DNA from: a virus
Lineage: Duplodnaviria > Caudoviricetes
Direction: 5' to 3' (one strand)
Virus record (IMG/VR): IMGVR_UViG_3300030330_002482
Span: 1-36,081 of that record
DNA: 36,081 bases
Each line of letters begins with the position of its first letter. Positions within the stretch are counted from its first letter, which is position 1. The notes below the pieces were generated by a model. That model saw only the letters and a list, made by a program, of their open reading frames with translations, did not search any database and was not told where the DNA came from. Positions 6,909 through 15,209 of this stretch are shown here, piece after piece. Position numbers and translations under genes: made by a program.

Positions 6909-7073
6909 ATGAACACCTTGCAGATCATCAAACAGCAGATCAACAAAGCATCTGCTCTTCACGATGCTCAAATCACTCACACCGCTTATCGTGGTGTAAA
7001 ATGTGAGGTTCGCAAAGCAGGACAAGAGTCTCACGGCACTTTCTGCTATCGCGGTCGTACTTACACTAAGTGA
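6909..7073 (+). CDS. DUF4278-like YRG-motif peptide (54 aa, not in ORF track)
   Basis: AGGAG RBS at 6898-6902; MNTLQIIKQQINKASALHDAQITHTAYRGVKCEVRKAGQESHGTFCYRGRTYTK has two YRG motifs. Confidence 0.8.
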   Translation: MNTLQIIKQQINKASALHDAQITHTAYRGVKCEVRKAGQESHGTFCYRGRTYTK

Positions 7074-7074
7074 C

Positions 7075-7170
7075 ATGCAGGCAATACAAATCGCTGGGAT
7101 CGTATCCCTAGGGTCTGTTGCTTTCTTGTCAATTCTATACGGTGAACTAATGCTTCTACAGAAGCATTGA
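7075..7170 (+). CDS. 31-aa single-TM peptide (not in ORF track)
   Basis: MQAIQIAGIVSLGSVAFLSILYGELMLLQKH starts 1 nt after the upstream stop. Confidence 0.6.
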   Translation: MQAIQIAGIVSLGSVAFLSILYGELMLLQKH

Positions 7171-7191
7171 CAACTACCTTAAATAGAAGTT

Positions 7192-7214
7192 GGGGTGCTC
7201 GGCACCCCTTTTTT
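7192..7214 (+). terminator. Rho-independent terminator
   Basis: GGGGTGC-TCG-GCACCCC followed by T6. Confidence 0.85.
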
Positions 7215-7231
7215 GTTTCTAATATAATATT

Positions 7232-7411
7232 ATGAGGTATAAAGATTCTATCCGCCTCATTAAGGAGGCACTAAAACAACCCTGGAAGTACACACCTACA
7301 GAGTTGACATATCTACGATTACAACTTAAACTGACGAAGAAACTTCTTAAAAAGAAACGAGGATTCCGAGAACTTTGTGATGAAAGTAAGTCTAGTAACA
7401 GTAACTCCTGA
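7232..7411 (+). CDS. Small basic hypothetical protein (59 aa, not in ORF track)
   Basis: MRYKDSIRLIKEALKQPWKYTPTELTYLRLQLKLTKKLLKKKRGF... fills the gap before thyX. Confidence 0.6.
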   Translation: MRYKDSIRLIKEALKQPWKYTPTELTYLRLQLKLTKKLLKKKRGFRELCDESKSSNSNS

Positions 7412-8012
7412 TGCGGAGAAGACAATGGCGTATGTCGCCAGAGTCAGCAACCCAAACAACCAGGAGAATCCTAACTACGCGAAACTTCTAGGTTATTGTA
7501 TCAAGCATGGTCACTGGTCTGTCTTTGAGCAGGCACACATGACCCTTGAGATTGAGACCACGCGAGGACTGGCAGCTCAGCTGCTTCGTCACCGTTCGTT
7601 CACGATGCAAGAATTTTCGCAACGCTATGCCAGCACTAACCTGCTGAGCGATACGATTGAGTTGCCTGAACTCCGTCGTCAGGACACTAAGAATCGTCAG
7701 AACAGCACTGATGATCTTGATCCTGTGATTGTAGAGCGACTGAACCGTCAGATGGTGACGTTGTTTAGTTCTGCTTCTGCTCTTTATAATCAGATGCTAG
7801 ACGCAGGTGTGGCAAAGGAGTGTGCTCGTTTTGTGCTTCCACTCGCCTGTCCAACCAGACTCTACATGACCGGATCAGTTCGTTCATGGTATCATTACAT
7901 TGATCTGAGGACTGCTAACGGTACACAGAAGGAGCACATGGACATTGCTCTTGAGTGTAAGCGTATCTTTAAGGAACAGTTCCCCACGGTAGCAGAAGCG
8001 GCAGGATGGTAA
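7380..8012 (+). CDS. thyX: Flavin-dependent thymidylate synthase
   Basis: GHWSVFEQ, RHRSFTMQEFSQRY (ThyX motif), AKECARFVLP. Confidence 0.97.
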   Translation: MKVSLVTVTPDAEKTMAYVARVSNPNNQENPNYAKLLGYCIKHGHWSVFEQAHMTLEIETTRGLAAQLLRHRSFTMQEFSQRYASTNLLSDTIELPELRRQDTKNRQNSTDDLDPVIVERLNRQMVTLFSSASALYNQMLDAGVAKECARFVLPLACPTRLYMTGSVRSWYHYIDLRTANGTQKEHMDIALECKRIFKEQFPTVAEAAGW

Positions 8013-8617
8013 TGTATACGGGTCCAGTACACAGTCTGGAGCACCTTCGTCACCTGCCCAGGGTGACTCCACAAGAGATCGCTACTTATATCTTCCAGCA
8101 AGAGATCGTAGCAGTCTATCAAGGACGCTCTGAGGCAGGTCCTAGGGCACTAGGCAACCGAAGTATCCTATACGATCCTCGGGACGGTCTAGGACCTGAC
8201 AGAGTGAACACAGTAAAGAACCGTGAGAAGTTCAGACCCTTTGCCGCCAGTGTGCTGGAAGAACATGCGACTGACTGGTTTGATATGTCTACCTTGGAGC
8301 ACTCAAGGGAGATGATGTATGCGGTGGAAGCAAAGGAGAACGTTAGAGATAAGATTCCTGCTGTTCTACACGTTGACCACACTTGTAGGATTCAGACTGT
8401 GACCAAGGAAACTAATCCACATTACTATGAACTGATCTCAGAGTTTTATAGGTATAGTAAAGTTCCAATGGTGTTAAATACTTCATTCAACCTAGCAGGG
8501 GAACCGTTGGTTGAAACACCTGAGGATGCTATCGATACGTTCGAACGTTCTGATATCAAGGTGCTGTGGTTCCCAGAGATCAATCGTATGATGAAGAAAT
8601 GCGAGTCCTTGGAGTAA
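8006..8617 (+). CDS. Carbamoyltransferase (NodU/CmcH) C-terminal YrdC-like domain, stand-alone
   Basis: GRSEAGPRALGNRSIL, KNREKFRPFA, HVD.TCRIQTV, LNTSFNLAGEPLVETP. Confidence 0.92.
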   Translation: MVMYTGPVHSLEHLRHLPRVTPQEIATYIFQQEIVAVYQGRSEAGPRALGNRSILYDPRDGLGPDRVNTVKNREKFRPFAASVLEEHATDWFDMSTLEHSREMMYAVEAKENVRDKIPAVLHVDHTCRIQTVTKETNPHYYELISEFYRYSKVPMVLNTSFNLAGEPLVETPEDAIDTFERSDIKVLWFPEINRMMKKCESLE

Positions 8618-9408
8618 ATTTATCGAACAACGGATCTATCTGCGTCGTCGAAGACGGGCAGGTAGATTTTTATTTGGAAGCAGAACGTGTGACCAGAGTC
8701 AAAAAAGATTCTGATATCACCAAGTTATTGGATATGGTAGATGATATAGATGTTGTCGTTATATCTGATGCTTGCTGGAGAGTGGGAACTAAGACCATGC
8801 TTTCTGCTAAGTGTATCTCAAAGATCAAACGTATGTTCCCTGATGCTCAGAAGATTGACTTCCGGGACAGACATCACCTGACACATGCTGCCTGTGGGTT
8901 TTACAACTCTGGGTTTCAGGAGGCAGCAGTGATTGTGGTTGACAGTAATGGATCAGAAACTGAGCATGGTGATGAGTGTGAGACTATCTTCCATTGTAAA
9001 ACTGGTCGTAGGTTTCATTGGAAAGTAGCACATAAACGTTATGTTCTCGAAGGTGACTATGGTATTGGCAAGGAGTTTGATGCCGTGGCAGAGATCTTAA
9101 ACTTGGGCGAGTATGAAGCAGGAAAGGTGATGGGTCTTGCTCCATACAATACTCATCCTGATGCCACTAACATTCAAAAAGAGTGGGAGGATCGGTCTGT
9201 AGAACTTGTGAACATAGCAATAAAGAAGACCAAGTGTACTAGTATTGTTTTGACTGGTGGATGTTTTCTTAATTGTGTGGTAAACTATAAGTTGACCAAG
9301 GCATTCCCTGACGTAAAATTCTATGCTGAACCTGTGTCACATGATGGAGGTACAGCAATCGGAGCAGCATACTTGGTACACCATAACCCAAAACTAAAAT
9401 CGTTTTAA
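8599..9408 (+). CDS. Carbamoyltransferase N-terminal Kae1-like domain, stand-alone
   Basis: MRVLGVN...EAERVTRVK, HHLTHA, AGKVMGLAPY, GGCFLN, DGGTAIGAA. Confidence 0.9.
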   Translation: MRVLGVNLSNNGSICVVEDGQVDFYLEAERVTRVKKDSDITKLLDMVDDIDVVVISDACWRVGTKTMLSAKCISKIKRMFPDAQKIDFRDRHHLTHAACGFYNSGFQEAAVIVVDSNGSETEHGDECETIFHCKTGRRFHWKVAHKRYVLEGDYGIGKEFDAVAEILNLGEYEAGKVMGLAPYNTHPDATNIQKEWEDRSVELVNIAIKKTKCTSIVLTGGCFLNCVVNYKLTKAFPDVKFYAEPVSHDGGTAIGAAYLVHHNPKLKSF

Positions 9409-9463
9409 TTTTCCATAAAACGCCGGAAAAATTTTCCGGTAAAAATTTACCCCTAAGGTTTTT
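9400..9463. repeat. Intergenic A-tract/CCGG element, copy 1
   Basis: TTCCATAAAACGCCGGAAAAATTTTCCGGTAAAAATTTACCCCTAAGGTTTTT with a palindrome at 9423-9439; similar to 15334-15398. Confidence 0.65.
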
Positions 9464-9464
9464 C

Positions 9465-9470
9465 TAAATA
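9465..9470 (+). promoter_or_regulatory. T4-like late promoter core (TAAATA)
   Basis: CTAAATA 19 nt upstream of ATG 9490. Confidence 0.6.
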
Positions 9471-9489
9471 CTCAAGGAACGCAAACATT

Positions 9490-9741
9490 ATGCCTTCGTA
9501 TCCCGTAAAAAATCTCAAAACTGGCGAACAGCAAACGCTCATGATGAGCATGAAATCTTACGATCAGTGGAGAAAAGATAATCCCGACTGGGACAAGGAC
9601 TGGTCACAAGGATGTGCCGGTGCTGTTTCTGGTACCGGAGATGTCTATAGCAAAACCGATGGCGGATGGAATGAAGTTCTCCACAAGGTAAGCAAGACAC
9701 CTGGTTCTAAGGTTAAACCCCAGAAAACAACTCACTTCTGA
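9490..9741 (+). CDS. Conserved T4-like hypothetical protein preceding phoH
   Basis: MPSYPVKN..TGE...W..DNPDW...GWNEVL motif. Confidence 0.85.
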   Translation: MPSYPVKNLKTGEQQTLMMSMKSYDQWRKDNPDWDKDWSQGCAGAVSGTGDVYSKTDGGWNEVLHKVSKTPGSKVKPQKTTHF

Positions 9742-9742
9742 T

Positions 9743-10498
9743 ATGCCAGCAAGAAAGAAGAAAACTTCCACACAAGTTGGTGCGGGAATGTCCGCAAAGC
9801 AAATGCAGAGAAAGAAACCTTTCAATGCCGACATGATGATCGACATTGAACCCTTGACAGAGAATCAAACCAGAGTGTTTGATGCTTATAAGGAAGACAA
9901 AAACGTCTATGCTTACGGCGCTGCTGGTACAGGTAAAACTTTCATCATGCTTTACCTGGCACTGAAGGAAGTTCTCAATCCTCTTACACCATACACCCGT
10001 GTTGTTATTGTAAGATCTCTAGTATCTACAAGGGAGATTGGTTTCCTACCCGGTGACCACGAAGACAAGGCATCTTTGTATCAGATTCCTTATAAGAACA
10101 TGGTCAAATACATGTTCGAGTTGCCTACAGACAATGACTTTGACATGCTGTGGGGTAACCTGAAGACACAGGAGTCTATCAAGTTCTGGTCCACCAGTTT
10201 CATCCGTGGTACTACACTAGACGATTGTATTCTTATCGTTGATGAAGCACAGAATTTGAATTTTCATGAACTTGATAGTATAATTACAAGAGTTGGTGAG
10301 AATTGTAAGATCCATTTCTGCGGTGATGCTGCTCAGTCGGATCTTGTCAAGACAAACGAACGTAATGGTATCCTTGACTTTATGAAGATCCTTGCGGCAA
10401 TGCCAGAGTTCGAATCAATCGAGTTCGGTGTTGATGACATTGTGAGATCTGGTCTAGTTAAGAGTTACATTCTTAATAAGATTGCACTTGGACTTTAA
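9743..10498 (+). CDS. phoH: PhoH family ATPase
   Basis: GAAGTGKT Walker A, IGFLPG, RGTTL, DEAQN, GD..QSDL, DIVRSGLV. Confidence 0.97.
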   Translation: MPARKKKTSTQVGAGMSAKQMQRKKPFNADMMIDIEPLTENQTRVFDAYKEDKNVYAYGAAGTGKTFIMLYLALKEVLNPLTPYTRVVIVRSLVSTREIGFLPGDHEDKASLYQIPYKNMVKYMFELPTDNDFDMLWGNLKTQESIKFWSTSFIRGTTLDDCILIVDEAQNLNFHELDSIITRVGENCKIHFCGDAAQSDLVKTNERNGILDFMKILAAMPEFESIEFGVDDIVRSGLVKSYILNKIALGL

Positions 10499-11178
10499 TG
10501 TTTGAACATGTTGATATTGATCTTCCTAAACTAAAACGGAAGACTATTGATGGAGTAAGATATTATACTGTGGAGGATCATCCGATGGTGTCTATCACCT
10601 CGGTGACCTCCCATTATAATAAGGAGATTTTTAAGAAGTGGCGTGCTCGTGTTGGTGACGAAGAAGCAAATCGTATCTCAAAGCGATCTACTACACGAGG
10701 CACTCAGACACACGAACTAATTGAGTCACACCTGCTCAATAAAGAGGTTGTCTTTGAGCAACCTGGACCCAAGATGCTCTTCCTTCAGGCGAAGAAAGCT
10801 CTTGGTAATATAAATAAGATCTACGCCCTAGAGGAATCACTCTACAGCAAAGAGTTAGGTGTAGCGGGCACGGTTGATTGTATCGCAGAGTATACCGGTG
10901 AGTCAGGCGAACCTGAGTTAGCAATCATTGACTTTAAGACAGCAGCGAAACCCAAACCAAGAGATTGGATTGAGAACTATTTCGTTCAGGCAGCAGCGTA
11001 TGGTTGTATGTTCTATGAACTTACAGGTATCCCGGTAAAGAAACTTGTGATCATTATGACCTGTGAGAATGGTGAGGTCGCAGTGTACGAAGAGTATGAT
11101 AAAATGACTTATATGAAAAAACTAGTACAGTACATTCACAAGTTCGTAGAGGACAAACTAAATGAAATCAAAAAGTGA
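10498..11178 (+). CDS. PD-(D/E)XK exonuclease
   Basis: SITSV, RGT..H, AGTVDCIAE, IIDFKT, YFVQ..AY. Confidence 0.9.
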   Translation: MFEHVDIDLPKLKRKTIDGVRYYTVEDHPMVSITSVTSHYNKEIFKKWRARVGDEEANRISKRSTTRGTQTHELIESHLLNKEVVFEQPGPKMLFLQAKKALGNINKIYALEESLYSKELGVAGTVDCIAEYTGESGEPELAIIDFKTAAKPKPRDWIENYFVQAAAYGCMFYELTGIPVKKLVIIMTCENGEVAVYEEYDKMTYMKKLVQYIHKFVEDKLNEIKK

Positions 11179-11425
11179 GGTCAAGTCGATCCTCAAAAGC
11201 AAATTTCTATGTCAAGACAAGTTTTCTAATGACATTGAGCAACTGGTAAAGGACAATGCCGGGATGAATTACATCGAGGCAATCTGTCATTACTGTGAAG
11301 AGAACAACATTGAGATTGAGAACGTAACCAAACTCATTTCGAAACCACTTAAGGAAAAACTTAAGTGTAATGCTACCAACCTTAACTATCTCAAGCGTAC
11401 TTCGAGAGCAAGATTTGTTATCTGA
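11162..11425 (+). CDS. gp33: Late transcription coactivator gp33
   Basis: YIEAICHYCEENNIE...ISKPLKEKLK..A..LNYLK, in the expected synteny. Confidence 0.9.
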   Translation: MKSKSEVKSILKSKFLCQDKFSNDIEQLVKDNAGMNYIEAICHYCEENNIEIENVTKLISKPLKEKLKCNATNLNYLKRTSRARFVI

Positions 11426-12117
11426 TGAACTGTATTATCTGCCTAAAGATTGGTGACGCATATTCTCCAGACTATGTTAACAATCTATACAAGGCAGTAA
11501 GAAAGTACACTGACAATGATTTTATATGCTTCACTGATGACTCCACGGGTATAGACCCTGGGATCATTTGTCATACCATGCTACCTAGATCTTCGGAAGG
11601 ATGGTGGCCTACATGGAGCAAGATTGAGATCTTTGGTAGAGAAGAACTGAGATGGTATGATAAGAAGGTATACTTTGACCTTGATATGGTCATACAAGGA
11701 GACATCACACCTATACTGAATCATGATGCCGATTGGGCAATGATTCGTTGTAAGTGGAAGGGCATTAAGTTTAGACTAGAACGTCCTCATGTTCCATATC
11801 TCAACAGTAGTTGTATGGTGTGGAAAGATATCTCCTGGATCTATAAGAAGTGGGAGTCTGACTGGAGAAGTATCGTAAAGAACTACGTTGGCACAGATGT
11901 GTGGTATCATAGAAATAAGATTACCGCAACATGCCTACCAGATTTCTTCTACAGTTACCGGGAAGGAGATAGACCATCTCATTACTGGGAGAATGATTGT
12001 CAACCACACTTTGAATACATGTCAGACTATTTGGTCTGCTTGTTCCATCAGGAACCTAACATTCATGAACTAGATTATGAGCACGTCTTATACAAGACCT
12101 GGAATGACACCTTTTGA
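11425..12117 (+). CDS. Putative glycosyltransferase (GT-A fold)
   Basis: CLK.G..Y...YVNNL, FICFTD, WSKI..F, YFDLD (DxD), NSS.MVW. Confidence 0.75.
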   Translation: MNCIICLKIGDAYSPDYVNNLYKAVRKYTDNDFICFTDDSTGIDPGIICHTMLPRSSEGWWPTWSKIEIFGREELRWYDKKVYFDLDMVIQGDITPILNHDADWAMIRCKWKGIKFRLERPHVPYLNSSCMVWKDISWIYKKWESDWRSIVKNYVGTDVWYHRNKITATCLPDFFYSYREGDRPSHYWENDCQPHFEYMSDYLVCLFHQEPNIHELDYEHVLYKTWNDTF

Positions 12118-12691
12118 TACTTACAAACAGTACCTTGCTTTCAAGCACCACTTTACCAAACCAAAGTATGATTACTTTCGGTATGCTGGTAAGTCTCGTG
12201 CTAGCTTGGACTCGTTTTATAAGAGAAAGGATCGTTATTTCTTTGAGAAAACTTCGAGGAAGTACAATGATGATGAGGTCAAGGCATTCTTCCTTGCCAA
12301 CTTTGTAGAGACTGACAATCCAGATGGTCTGTGGATTGGCACAATCATTCGTAGTGGTGAAGGTAGTTACAAACGTTGGCAGAATCGTCAGCAGAGTTTG
12401 TACTATCAGTACACCCAGCAAGTTAGTAAATTACTTGACGAATATTCACTTACTGATCTGTTTACTTGTAAAGGTCACCCACCTGTGCTAAAATCATACC
12501 TGGCAGGTGAAACCAGTATTGAGACGATGGCAATCCTGGACAAGATTCTGGGTTATGCTAAGGACTTTGACAAGAAACTGTTAGATCCTGTCTGGGAAAG
12601 GGTCAGTCTCAAAATTAAAAAATATGAACCCTTTCTAAATATCGATGTATTCAAGTATAAAAAATACTTGAGGGAGCAAGTCAATGAGTAA
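12104..12691 (+). CDS. gp59: Helicase loader gp59
   Basis: Y..YLA.K.HFT..YDYF.Y.GK...FYKRKDRYFFEK; HPP.LK; KY.PFL. Confidence 0.92.
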   Translation: MTPFDTYKQYLAFKHHFTKPKYDYFRYAGKSRASLDSFYKRKDRYFFEKTSRKYNDDEVKAFFLANFVETDNPDGLWIGTIIRSGEGSYKRWQNRQQSLYYQYTQQVSKLLDEYSLTDLFTCKGHPPVLKSYLAGETSIETMAILDKILGYAKDFDKKLLDPVWERVSLKIKKYEPFLNIDVFKYKKYLREQVNE

Positions 12692-13016
12692 GTTTTTTGA
12701 CTCTTCTATTATCCGTGAGGAGATGGAAGAGATTTTTAATATCCAGAAGGAACTCTACCAGGTGATCATGCAGTTCGGGTCTATGGACGACCAGGAGAAG
12801 CGTGAGCACATGGAGAAACTAAAGACGCTCCTGGACAAGCAAGAGGTCATGTGGACCCGTCTATCGCTGTCTGACGACCCCGAGGCGATAGAAATGAAGG
12901 AGAAGATCCGAATGACATCCGCAGCTATGGGATTTAAGGACGTTGACATGAACGTTATCTTTAGAAACATGCGTAACACACTAGATAACCTAGCAAAGCG
13001 CCTTGACACGCCCTAA
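12684..13016 (+). CDS. DUF1825-like conserved cyanophage protein
   Basis: FFDS..IREE...LLDKQ...RLSLSDDPEA. Confidence 0.8.
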   Translation: MSKFFDSSIIREEMEEIFNIQKELYQVIMQFGSMDDQEKREHMEKLKTLLDKQEVMWTRLSLSDDPEAIEMKEKIRMTSAAMGFKDVDMNVIFRNMRNTLDNLAKRLDTP

Positions 13017-13038
13017 ATACCAGAAATACACCAGATAT

Positions 13039-13356
13039 ATGCTGTCTACGGAGTATCGACTGCGACTGGAATACATTTGTAATCGAATCGCAAAGGGTGA
13101 AGAAGTCCAGTTATCTGACATGATCTGGGCGGATAAATTAGCAAAAGCGAATAGGTCAGCAGGCGAAATGCTACGTAAAGCACGTAGAATAGCAGCAAAT
13201 CCAGACGTTCCTAAGGGTGGTCTGGATGATTTTTTGAATCAGATGGACCTGGGTGATCCAGATCCTAGCAACCACAAGACTAAGTTTGAGGGAGCAGAAG
13301 ATATCGCAGACTGGTTTAAGCAGGATCGAACTGATGACTGGAGACAAAGGGACTAA
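13039..13356 (+). CDS. Conserved cyanophage hypothetical protein
   Basis: MLSTEYRLRLE.IC..I...DMIWA.KLAKAN...DDWRQRD; TAAATA at 13014-13019. Confidence 0.8.
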   Translation: MLSTEYRLRLEYICNRIAKGEEVQLSDMIWADKLAKANRSAGEMLRKARRIAANPDVPKGGLDDFLNQMDLGDPDPSNHKTKFEGAEDIADWFKQDRTDDWRQRD

Positions 13357-13988
13357 TGAAAATTACCCATCGTTATGATCCATGGCACTGTCTGGAGGTA
13401 GAAGATTTTTTACCTCCTGATAGGTTTGAAGAGATAAAAAAACTTGCCATGATTGAGTACGCTGAGTTTGAAAAGACTGGCGTCAATTGTGTGTATACTG
13501 ACCACAAAACAAAAGAGTATACATCGAGGAGTAAGTACGCAAGATTTTTAACTGACGATATTGTACCCGAAACCAATCAGTTCTTCCAGATGTTACCAGA
13601 ACATAGGGGTTACACAGGAGAACTTAAAAAGTTAATTCACTGGGCAATTACTCCAGCAGATTATAACTATCCCACACACATTGACAATGCGTCAAGGATA
13701 AACACCTGTACGTATTACATTTGGCCTGAACATGAGACTGGAACTATTCTGTGTAAGAACTCCAGTAAAAATGATGATGGTGATCATGTAAAGGCTGATA
13801 TTGACAGCGAGTATGAGGTAGAGGTAGAATGGAAACTCAACAAACTGTTTGTTCATAATAGTGTCCCAAACAAAACCTGGCATCGATATGCTAGTAAGAA
13901 ACCTAGAATAGTTCTGTCGGTTTTTCTAGTCCAACCCGATCTAATCAGACCAAATAGAAATCAACACCAGTATCTTCTGGACCTATGA
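13356..13988 (+). CDS. 2OG-Fe(II) oxygenase
   Basis: HxD (THID), GT.L, W..N, TWH.Y and a distal Arg. Confidence 0.8.
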   Translation: MKITHRYDPWHCLEVEDFLPPDRFEEIKKLAMIEYAEFEKTGVNCVYTDHKTKEYTSRSKYARFLTDDIVPETNQFFQMLPEHRGYTGELKKLIHWAITPADYNYPTHIDNASRINTCTYYIWPEHETGTILCKNSSKNDDGDHVKADIDSEYEVEVEWKLNKLFVHNSVPNKTWHRYASKKPRIVLSVFLVQPDLIRPNRNQHQYLLDL

Positions 13989-14218
13989 ACGAAGATACTG
14001 ATCCATTGGAAGAGTGGTGGGAAGACGAATGGCACGTCACCATCAAGATGCCTATAGAGGAGATCCGTCTCCTTTATGGGCATGTCTGCTATGGATTACA
14101 GATGTGGCCTGGTTCTCCTGCTCGTCCCATTGAGGAACAGGAGTATCTCAGAACTCTCAAGTCAAGACTCGCTGCGATGATTATGCAGTACACTTTTGAC
14201 ACTCTTGACACCGAATAA
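13985..14218 (+). CDS. Hypothetical protein
   Basis: WPGSPARP.EEQE.L motif; ATGA coupling. Confidence 0.75.
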   Translation: MNEDTDPLEEWWEDEWHVTIKMPIEEIRLLYGHVCYGLQMWPGSPARPIEEQEYLRTLKSRLAAMIMQYTFDTLDTE

Positions 14219-14233
14219 ATAGCGCGTTATAAT
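14205..14233 (+). promoter_or_regulatory. Composite gp32 promoter (sigma70 plus late)
   Basis: Perfect TTGACA-17-TATAAT, with TAAATA (14216-14221) in the spacer. Confidence 0.85.
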
Positions 14234-14273
14234 GAACGCGGTGAACACAATCCTCCGAATCCACCAAATCTAA

Positions 14274-15209
14274 ATGTCCTTTTCTGATCTTAAGAAACAG
14301 TCCCGTCTCGGCAGTCTGACTTCCAAACTCACCAAAGAGATTGAGAAGATGAACAAGACTGGCGGCAGCGGCGGTGCTGATGAGCGTCTGTGGAAACTAG
14401 ACGTTGACAAAGCAGGTAACGGTTACGCTGTCATCCGTTTTCTTCCTGCACCCGATGGGGAAGAACTGCCCTGGGCGAAGGTCTATTCTCATGCCTTCCA
14501 AGGTCCTGGCGGTTGGTATATTGAAAACTCTTTGACCACCAACGGTGGCAAGGATCCTGTGTCGGAATACAATCGTATTCTGTGGAACAGCGGCGCAGAT
14601 GAAGACAAGGAACAAGCACGTAAGCAGAAGCGTAAACTGACTTACATCGCTAACATCTACGTTGTCAAGGACCCTAATAACCCTGCCAACGAAGGTCAAG
14701 TGTTCCTGTACAAGTTTGGCAAGAAGATCTTTGATAAGATCACTGCTGCCATGCAACCCGAGTTCGAAGACGAAGAAGCAATCGATCCGTTTGACTTCTG
14801 GCAAGGTGCCAACTTCAAACTGAAGGCAAAGAACGTTGCTGGTTATCGTAACTACGATTCATCCGAGTTCGCAGCACAAGGTGCTCTGCTCGATGATGAC
14901 GATGCCATGGAGGCGATCTGGAAGAAGCAGTACTCGCTTGAAGAGTTTGTGAAACCCGATCAGTTCAAGACCTACGAGGAACTGGAAAAGCGTATGAACG
15001 CTGTGCTGAACCCCAGTTCTACCAGTCGTCGTGTTGATCCTGACACCTTTGATGAGCAGGAAGAGGTCGTGATGAAGTCTCGTCAGCAACAGCGTGAAGA
15101 AGAGCGTATCGTTCCTTCTAAACCGGATTTTAATTCACCCGACATCAAAGCATCATCTGACGATGATGACGATGCTCTGTCGTATTTCCAACGTCTTGCG
15201 GAGGAGTGA
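14274..15209 (+). CDS. gp32: Single-stranded DNA-binding protein gp32
   Basis: GNGYAVIRFLP, HAFQGPGGWYIENSLTT, FDFWQGANFKLK, acidic tail. Confidence 0.97.
   Translation: MSFSDLKKQSRLGSLTSKLTKEIEKMNKTGGSGGADERLWKLDVDKAGNGYAVIRFLPAPDGEELPWAKVYSHAFQGPGGWYIENSLTTNGGKDPVSEYNRILWNSGADEDKEQARKQKRKLTYIANIYVVKDPNNPANEGQVFLYKFGKKIFDKITAAMQPEFEDEEAIDPFDFWQGANFKLKAKNVAGYRNYDSSEFAAQGALLDDDDAMEAIWKKQYSLEEFVKPDQFKTYEELEKRMNAVLNPSSTSRRVDPDTFDEQEEVVMKSRQQQREEERIVPSKPDFNSPDIKASSDDDDDALSYFQRLAEE

Noticed and set aside
7180-7185. TAAATA before the 7192 terminator as a terminator-bypass promoter
   Set aside because: The predicted start lies before the stem, so the hairpin would still form, unlike the case at 1870.
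7219-7425. Minus-strand 68-aa ORF
   Set aside because: Antisense shadow of the plus-strand 7232-7411 ORF and the thyX start.
7380-8012. Intron or intein in thyX (also checked in the psbD fragment, phoH and gp32)
   Set aside because: Frames are continuous and of normal length.
9700-9743. Pho box upstream of phoH
   Set aside because: No tandem direct repeats of that kind seen; phoH follows the upstream gene by 1 nt.
10498-11178. Cas4-like nuclease as a sign of a CRISPR system
   Set aside because: It is the core T4-like cyanophage exonuclease in its usual position; no cas genes or array nearby.
14397-14804. 135-aa antisense ORF in gp32
   Set aside because: Expected shadow of strong codon bias; no RBS or motifs.
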